From contig JAYZDP010000104.1 in the NCBI GenBank assembly GCA_036337765.1, forward strand, positions 3,764-67,763: DNA of 64,000 bases, read 5' to 3'. Both the position numbers and the translations under genes were made by a program. Position 1 is the first letter of the stretch. Each line of letters begins with the position of its first letter. This DNA is from Acidobacteriota bacterium (GTDB lineage Bacteria > Acidobacteriota > Thermoanaerobaculia > Multivoradales > Multivoraceae). A model generated the notes under the pieces. It made no database searches. It was not told the origin of the DNA and saw nothing but the letters and a program-made list of their open reading frames with translations. Below, one piece after another: positions 58,231 through 64,000 of the stretch.

Positions 58231-59105
58231 CGACTCCGAGCCGTGCCGTCGCCGGCGAGTTTCTCCGGCCGCGGCATCCGCGGCGCCGCCGGCGCTCGTC
58301 GCCCGCGGTCGCGCTGGTCCGCGTCCTCGCGCGCGCCTTCATGGTGGTCGCGCCGCCATTGGCGGTCGCGTCCTGGCTCGTGCGCAGTGGTGGCTTCGAG
58401 CTCGCGAATCTCGAAGCGCAGGTTACCGGCCGAGTGGCCGAGAGCTGGGTTCGGGCACGGCTCGGTCCGGAGATGGGACAGAATCTGGTGACGCTGCCGC
58501 TCGACAGGGTGCAGGCTCGCCTCGACGGCCATCCCTGGATCGCGAGCGTTGTGGTCGACAAGGCCCTTCCCAACGGGCTACGGGTCTCGATCGAGGAGCG
58601 CGAACCGGCAGCCGTTCTCACGAGCGGCGGCAGTCTGGTCTACGTCGATGTCGCGGGCCAGCGCATCGCGCCTGTGGGTGCGAACGACTCGGTTGCCGGC
58701 CTCCTGCGCGTCCGGCCGAAAGAGACGGACGGTGGACCGCCGACAGCCATGGAATTGGCCGAGACCCAATGCCTGGAGCGCGCGATCGAGCTCGGCCGGA
58801 GTCTCGAAAGCGGGGGCGCGACGCTTCCGATCTGGTTGTCGCAGCTCCACGGTCTCGAGGTGGTGGGAGATGACGATTTCAGACTCTTTTCGAGAGGCCT
58901 CGCGTTTCCGGTTCTGGTGCGCTCCACCGATGGAGCCGAGCGCATACGGGAACTGGCGACTCTCATGGCCCGCATTCGTGAAGACGGTGACTCGGCCGGC
59001 GATCCTTTCAAGATCCGCGAGATCGATCTTCGTTACCGCGGCCAGGTGATCGTGCGGTCTGGCGAGGCAGCGCAGTGGGACCCAAATCAAGGAGACGTTA
59101 CGTAG
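58227..59105 (+). CDS. ftsQ: Cell division protein FtsQ (POTRA domain)
   Basis: Single TM (AFMVVAPPLAVASWLV) then POTRA-like FELANLEAQVTGRVAESWVRARL..., position between murC and ftsA. Confidence 0.8.
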   Translation: MTTPSRAVAGEFLRPRHPRRRRRSSPAVALVRVLARAFMVVAPPLAVASWLVRSGGFELANLEAQVTGRVAESWVRARLGPEMGQNLVTLPLDRVQARLDGHPWIASVVVDKALPNGLRVSIEEREPAAVLTSGGSLVYVDVAGQRIAPVGANDSVAGLLRVRPKETDGGPPTAMELAETQCLERAIELGRSLESGGATLPIWLSQLHGLEVVGDDDFRLFSRGLAFPVLVRSTDGAERIRELATLMARIREDGDSAGDPFKIREIDLRYRGQVIVRSGEAAQWDPNQGDVT

Positions 59106-60344
59106 ATGCCCAACACCGAAGACCACATTGTCGGAATCGACATCGGTTCGTCGAAGGTCGCTGTTCTGATCGGCCAACACGACGAGAACGGGGAGTTGGA
59201 GGTGGTCGGCAAGGGTCTGGCCCCGAACCGCGGAGCCAGGCGCGGCAACATCGTCAACGTCGAGAGCACGGTCGAGGCGCTGAAGCAGGCCTGCGAAGAG
59301 GCAGAAGTGATGGCGGGAGTCGAGATCTCGCGGGCCTACGTTGGCGCCGCCGGCCCCGACGTACGCAGCGTGAACTCGCGAGGCATGGTCTCGGTAGCCC
59401 GCAAGGACCGCGAGATCAACCGCCAGGACATCGATAGAGTGCTGGAGGCCGCCCAGTCGGCGGCGCTGCCGGCCGATCACGAGATCCTCCACGCTATTCC
59501 GCAGGAGTTCATCGTCGACGACCAGGGCGGCATCGCCGATCCCCTTGGAATGCTCGGCGGCCGGCTCGAGGTGCTGGTGCATCTCGTCACCGGTCACGCA
59601 ACGCGGTCGAAGACACTTCTGACCTGCGTCAACAAAGCCGGCATCGAGGTGGTGGGGATCGTCTTCGAGCCTCTCGCCACGGCGATGGCTGTGCTGACGC
59701 CCGACGAGCAGGAACTCGGCGTTTTGCTGGTCGACATCGGATCAGGCACTACAAGCTTTGCCTACTACACCAACTCCGAGGTGCACCACAGCGCGGTACT
59801 GCCGATCGCGGCGGGTCACTTCACCAACGACTTGGCGATGGTGTTGCGGACGCCCTTTGCAGAGGCGGAGGAGATCAAGGCCCGCTACGGCTGCTGCCTT
59901 GCGAGTCTCGTCGACAGCGACGAGGGCATTTCGGTGGGCGCGGTGGGCGGTGGCGGTGCACGGGTCGTCGCGCGGCGCGAGCTCACCGAGATTCTCCAAC
60001 CACGGGCGGAGGAGATCTTTCACCTGATCCGCGAGGAGATGACGAAGTCGGTCGGCGACCTGAACCTGCGTGGCGGGTTGGTGCTGACAGGCGGCGGCGC
60101 CCAGCTCGACGGTCTGGTGGAGATCGCAGAACAGGTTTTTGATGCCAGCGCTCGGGCAGGTCTGCCGAGCGGTCTGGGGGGATTGGTCGACGTCATTCAC
60201 AGCCCGACCTGGTCGACTGCGGCGGGGCTTCTGGTTCACGGTAAGAGTGAAGAAGACGCCCATCCGCGCGTAAGCGGTCGCTCTTTTTTTGGAGTGCGGT
60301 CGCTGATGGGCAGTGTCAAGGGCATGTTCTCGGACCTGCTGTGA
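59106..60344 (+). CDS. ftsA: Cell division protein FtsA
   Basis: Actin-fold: IVGIDIGSSKVAVLIG, DIGSGTTSFAY, C-terminal amphipathic tail. Confidence 0.9.
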   Translation: MPNTEDHIVGIDIGSSKVAVLIGQHDENGELEVVGKGLAPNRGARRGNIVNVESTVEALKQACEEAEVMAGVEISRAYVGAAGPDVRSVNSRGMVSVARKDREINRQDIDRVLEAAQSAALPADHEILHAIPQEFIVDDQGGIADPLGMLGGRLEVLVHLVTGHATRSKTLLTCVNKAGIEVVGIVFEPLATAMAVLTPDEQELGVLLVDIGSGTTSFAYYTNSEVHHSAVLPIAAGHFTNDLAMVLRTPFAEAEEIKARYGCCLASLVDSDEGISVGAVGGGGARVVARRELTEILQPRAEEIFHLIREEMTKSVGDLNLRGGLVLTGGGAQLDGLVEIAEQVFDASARAGLPSGLGGLVDVIHSPTWSTAAGLLVHGKSEEDAHPRVSGRSFFGVRSLMGSVKGMFSDLL

Positions 60345-60392
60345 GGGTCGCGGAACGCGCGGAGAACACAGTAGAGAAAGGGGCCTAGCGAG

Positions 60393-61712
60393 ATGATCTT
60401 TTTTGATGAACAGAAGACGGACGGGGACCTCCCGATCACACTCGAGAATCGCGACCTGCTGCCGGCCAAGATCAAGGTGATCGGTGTCGGCGGCGGTGGT
60501 GGCAATGCGGTCAACCGCATGATCGACGCGCAACTACGCGGCGTCGAGTTCATCGCCGCCAATACCGATCTGCAGGCGTTGGCGAAGTGCCGAGCGCCTA
60601 CCAAGATACAGCTCGGCAAGCTGATCACGCGGGGTCTCGGCGCCGGTGCCGACCCTGATGTCGGCCGTAAGGCGGCATTGGAAGACAGCGACCGGATTCT
60701 CGAGTACATCGAGGGCTCGGACATGATCTTTCTCGCCGCCGGGCTGGGCGGGGGCACGGGTACCGGCGCGATTCCGGTCCTCGCGTCGCTCGCCGCTCAG
60801 GTGGGCGCGTTGACCGTTGCCGTCGTCACCAAGCCGTTCGCGTTCGAGGGCCGGCGGCGCATGCTCCTCGCCGATGCCGGCCTCGACATGCTGCGTGACT
60901 CGGTCGATACGGTAATCGCGATCCCCAACGAGCGCCTGCTCAAGTTCGTCGATCGCGGCACGCCGCTGAGCGAGGCCTTCCTCACCGCCGACGATGTGCT
61001 GCGTCAGGGCGTTCAGGGGATTTCGGACCTCATCACCATTCCCGGCGAGGTCAATGCCGACTTCGCCGACGTGCGGACAATCATGACCGGAATGGGTATG
61101 GCGCTGATGGGCAGTGGCCTCGCCAAGGGTGACAACCGCGCGATCGAAGCGGCTCAGGCTGCCGTGTCGTCGCCGCTACTCGAGGAGACCTCGATCCAGG
61201 GCGCCCAGGGAGTGTTGATCAACATCACCGGAGGTCAGGACCTCACCCTTCATGAGGTAGCCGACGCGGCCAAGGCGATCTCGGATCTGGTCGACGCCGA
61301 CGCCAACATCATCTCGGGTCTCGTTATCGACGAGAACATGGTCGACGAGGTCAAGGTCACGGTCATCGCCACCGGCTTCCGTGAGGGCGTATTCTCGGTC
61401 GACGAGGAGCCCAGCTTCGCGTCGGCCTTCACCCCGCCGCGAGAAGAGGAAGCCGCGGAGCCTTCGGTCTGGTCACACACGGAGGAGGAAGCGCCCTCGG
61501 CGGAACCCGAGCCAGCAGGCCCGGGCCTCGATCAGATGGAGCTCAGTGGGCGCGAGCGCGACGAGGTGGCGGACGAGGAGGAGGAAGAGGTTCCGTTTTA
61601 CAAGAAGGTGCTGGCGCACAATCATCAGAAGGACGAGGGTGGCTTCGGGCCGAATTGGTCTTCGGTCGATGACTACGACATTCCGACCGTGCTGCGTAAG
61701 CAGATGGACTAG
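60393..61712 (+). CDS. ftsZ: Cell division GTPase FtsZ
   Basis: Tubulin signature GGGTGTG ([16 protein letters not shown]), [15 protein letters not shown]7 loop, acidic C-terminal linker. Confidence 0.95.
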   Translation: MIFFDEQKTDGDLPITLENRDLLPAKIKVIGVGGGGGNAVNRMIDAQLRGVEFIAANTDLQALAKCRAPTKIQLGKLITRGLGAGADPDVGRKAALEDSDRILEYIEGSDMIFLAAGLGGGTGTGAIPVLASLAAQVGALTVAVVTKPFAFEGRRRMLLADAGLDMLRDSVDTVIAIPNERLLKFVDRGTPLSEAFLTADDVLRQGVQGISDLITIPGEVNADFADVRTIMTGMGMALMGSGLAKGDNRAIEAAQAAVSSPLLEETSIQGAQGVLINITGGQDLTLHEVADAAKAISDLVDADANIISGLVIDENMVDEVKVTVIATGFREGVFSVDEEPSFASAFTPPREEEAAEPSVWSHTEEEAPSAEPEPAGPGLDQMELSGRERDEVADEEEEEVPFYKKVLAHNHQKDEGGFGPNWSSVDDYDIPTVLRKQMD

Positions 61713-61769
61713 GGCGAGGGTACGAACGATTCCCGTCGCCTAGGTGAGTCTTCATGGGGTCCCCAGCAC

Positions 61770-61827
61770 GGGAGGGAGCCCGTCGTGCTCGCGCAGACGC
61801 TCCGCGCGACGGGTGCCCACCCTCCCT
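61770..61827. terminator. Long imperfect GC-rich hairpin between convergent ftsZ and argS. Candidate bidirectional terminator.
   Basis: GGGAGGGAGCCCGTCG ... CGACGGGTGCCCACCCTCCC: outer GGGAGGG/CCCTCCC and inner CCCGTCG/CGACGGG arms around a 21-nt loop. No clear U-tract, so intrinsic-terminator status is uncertain. Confidence 0.35.
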
Positions 61828-61924
61828 CAGCCCCATGACGGGCTGTTCGTGCGCTCGCTGGAGGCGGCGCCAGGCCCGCGGAGCTGGAACGTCTCTAGGC
61901 GGGGTTGGAGGGCGGATCGGCCGG

Positions 61925-63850
61925 CTACATGCGCTCGGGGATGGGGATGCCGAGGATGTCGAGGATTTCGGCGAGGCCTTTGCGGAAGACGTCCATGGTG
62001 GCCAGGCGGACGGTTCGGAGGGCCTCGTCTTCTTCTTGGAGGATCGGGTGGCGGTGGTAGATGGCGTGGAACTTTCGCGCCAGGTCGATGGCGTGGCGGG
62101 CAAGGAGTGAGAGTTCGAGTGTGTCGGCGGCCCTTTCGGCGATCTCGGAGGTTTGCGAGACCGTGAGCACGAGGTCCCAAAGGTCGTCTTGCCAGAGCTC
62201 GGGGGGTAGGGCGGCCATCGCGGCGGCGTCGGTGCTCGCCGGCAGATCGGCAGCCTCGAGTCGGCGGCGGATGTTCTGCTCTCGGACCAGCGAGTACTGC
62301 AGGTAGGGACCGGTCTCGCCTTCGAAGTTCAAAGCGTCTTCGAAGTCGAAGGCGATGACGCGGGTGGTCGTGGCCTTGACCATGAGGAAGCGCATCGCCG
62401 CGGTCGCGATCTGAAGGCTCAGACGCTCGAGCTCGGTGGGGTCGAGCTCTCGGTTGCGCTCGGCGATGCCGTTGCTCGCCTTCTCGGTGAGCTGGTCGAG
62501 TAGGTCATCGGCTTTGACGCCGATTCCCTTGCGGCCCGCCATGAGGGTCGCCTTCGAGTCGTCCTCGGTCTCGACACCGAGCTGCGCCGCGGCGGCGGGA
62601 GACAGCGCCACCATCTCGTAGGCGAAGTGGATGCTGCGGTCGGCTTCGACCTCGAAACCGGTCGCTCGCAGGCCGGCGGCGACGATCTTCTGCAGGTAGC
62701 TCTGGCGAGCGTCGATGACGTTGATGACCTGATCGCCGCGCCCGAACACCGGCACATCCCCGGTATCGCCGGCGCCATCGGCTTCGGCGGTCTCCCACAC
62801 CCCCTCCGCGTCCCACTTGCGGTACTGGAAGTCGAGCCCAAGTCGGCCAAACTTCCAAAGCTGATAGGCGATGTCCTTGCCGACGTAGGTGACCGTGCCG
62901 TCGGAGCGGGTGATGACCTTGTCGGCGTCCTCCAGCCCCTCGAACTCGGGATCCTCCGACAACGGCATGACCCAGCAGCCGGCGTTTTTGCCCGACTCCT
63001 CGAGGCGCACGGCGCCCGCCGTCTTGAGGCGCTCGAAGGCGGTTGCGAAGAAGTGCAGGCGAAGGATCTCGCTCTCGCGAGTGATGAGGTCGTAGCCGAT
63101 GGCGAGGCGCTGCATCGTCTGGAGATGGCAGTGCACGATGCGCCGAGCGACTAGGCGCCCGATCTCCGCGCGCTCTCCGGCGTTCGCTTCGAGGGCATGG
63201 AGGGTGTCGCGTCGCAGCTTGCGGCGCTGGGGATCGGCATCGAACCAGTCGCCGACCGCGCTGTAGAGGTCCCAGCAGTAGTAGTCGAACGGCTCCTCGA
63301 CCGCGGCCACAGCCTCCGCATCCATTCCCCGAATGTCGACGAAGCCCACCACGACGTCGGCTACCTGCACGCCGGTGTCGTCAATGTAGTTCTGGACCTC
63401 GACGCGGCGACCCAGGGCCCGCAGCACCGACGCCAGGACGTCTCCCAGAATGGCGTTGCGCAGATGCCCGATGTGCGCCGCCTTATTGGGGTTGATGTTG
63501 GTGTGCTCGACCACGATGCGTTCGGTGGAGTCCGCGGAGCTGAGCAGGTTCCCATCCGCGACCCTCGCGGCGAAGCTGGAGCGTTCGACGAAGAAGTTCA
63601 GGTAACCGGGCCCCTCGACGCTGGCTCGCGCGAGCTCAGGCGGTAGCTGTAGCGCAGCGTGGATCTCGGCCGCGATCTCGCGCGGATTCCGCTTCAACGC
63701 CCGCGCGAGGTGCAGGCCGGCCGGCGCCGCCAGATCGCCCAGCTCACGAGTCGGCGGCACTTCGATCACGGGCGAGTGCTCGATGTCATAGAGCTCTGCG
63801 ATCGTTCTCGCGAGAAGTGTGGCTAGCTGGGTCTTCAGCGCCGCGAGCAT
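61925..63850 (-). CDS. argS: Arginine--tRNA ligase
   Basis: 641 aa. Class I HIGH variant NINPNKAAHIGHLRNAILGD. ArgRS add-1 N-terminal domain. DALR anticodon-binding C-terminus. Confidence 0.9.
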   Translation of the reverse strand: MLAALKTQLATLLARTIAELYDIEHSPVIEVPPTRELGDLAAPAGLHLARALKRNPREIAAEIHAALQLPPELARASVEGPGYLNFFVERSSFAARVADGNLLSSADSTERIVVEHTNINPNKAAHIGHLRNAILGDVLASVLRALGRRVEVQNYIDDTGVQVADVVVGFVDIRGMDAEAVAAVEEPFDYYCWDLYSAVGDWFDADPQRRKLRRDTLHALEANAGERAEIGRLVARRIVHCHLQTMQRLAIGYDLITRESEILRLHFFATAFERLKTAGAVRLEESGKNAGCWVMPLSEDPEFEGLEDADKVITRSDGTVTYVGKDIAYQLWKFGRLGLDFQYRKWDAEGVWETAEADGAGDTGDVPVFGRGDQVINVIDARQSYLQKIVAAGLRATGFEVEADRSIHFAYEMVALSPAAAAQLGVETEDDSKATLMAGRKGIGVKADDLLDQLTEKASNGIAERNRELDPTELERLSLQIATAAMRFLMVKATTTRVIAFDFEDALNFEGETGPYLQYSLVREQNIRRRLEAADLPASTDAAAMAALPPELWQDDLWDLVLTVSQTSEIAERAADTLELSLLARHAIDLARKFHAIYHRHPILQEEDEALRTVRLATMDVFRKGLAEILDILGIPIPERM

Positions 63851-64000
63851 GACCGGCGGAGTGTATATCGCAGCAGATTTGGCAGGCCGGTGAGGACTCG
63901 TCCTCGGAAGGTGACAGTTTGGGCACTTGTAAGGGCCTTGTTTGCAGCGAAATACGATAGAATTCCGCGGTTATGGGGGAGAACCGGATCGCTTTCAAGA

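Overview
This is a GC-rich (about 68%) bacterial chromosomal segment with dense, mostly non-overlapping coding on both strands. Gene content (CRTAC1/ASPIC proteins, multihaem cytochrome-TPR fusions, a PQQ dehydrogenase) resembles Acidobacteriota or Gemmatimonadota genomes, but the phylum is only a guess. The right third (45.8-61.7 kb) is a complete division and cell-wall (dcw) cluster: mraZ-rsmH-ftsL-ftsI-murE-murF-mraY-murD-ftsW-murG-murC-ftsQ-ftsA-ftsZ. It lacks murB and ddl, has an MraZ-type operator upstream, and ends in a hairpin convergent with argS. The centre carries housekeeping genes: mfd, eno-ftsB, tRNA-Met(CAU), pgi, polB, cysK, a PBP, an HtrA protease, an alanine:cation symporter and a Nudix hydrolase. 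The left and middle accessory parts contain a PQQ-dependent dehydrogenase, a K+ channel with RCK domains, an archaemetzincin-type metallopeptidase, a pentahaem cytochrome c/TPR protein next to a CRTAC1-family protein, and several gene remnants (Ser/Thr kinase start, FAD-oxidoreductase, amidinotransferase C-terminus, frameshifted SRPBCC). The most interesting locus is 29.7-36.7 kb: a compact two-operon cluster combining a PqqD-like RRE protein, an HPr-kinase-like P-loop kinase, a 54-aa peptide whose sequence looks like a twin-arginine signal peptide, a PF14907-type nucleotidyltransferase fused to a GT4 glycosyltransferase, and three further glycosyltransferases (GT32-like, GT4, GT2-TPR). A PIG-L deacetylase gene lies alongside. 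The PqqD/HprK/nucleotidyltransferase trio is known from phosphorylated or phospho-glycosylated lasso peptides, but no lasso cyclase or leader protease is present. The cluster is therefore proposed as a candidate undescribed RRE-dependent peptide phospho-glycosylation system.
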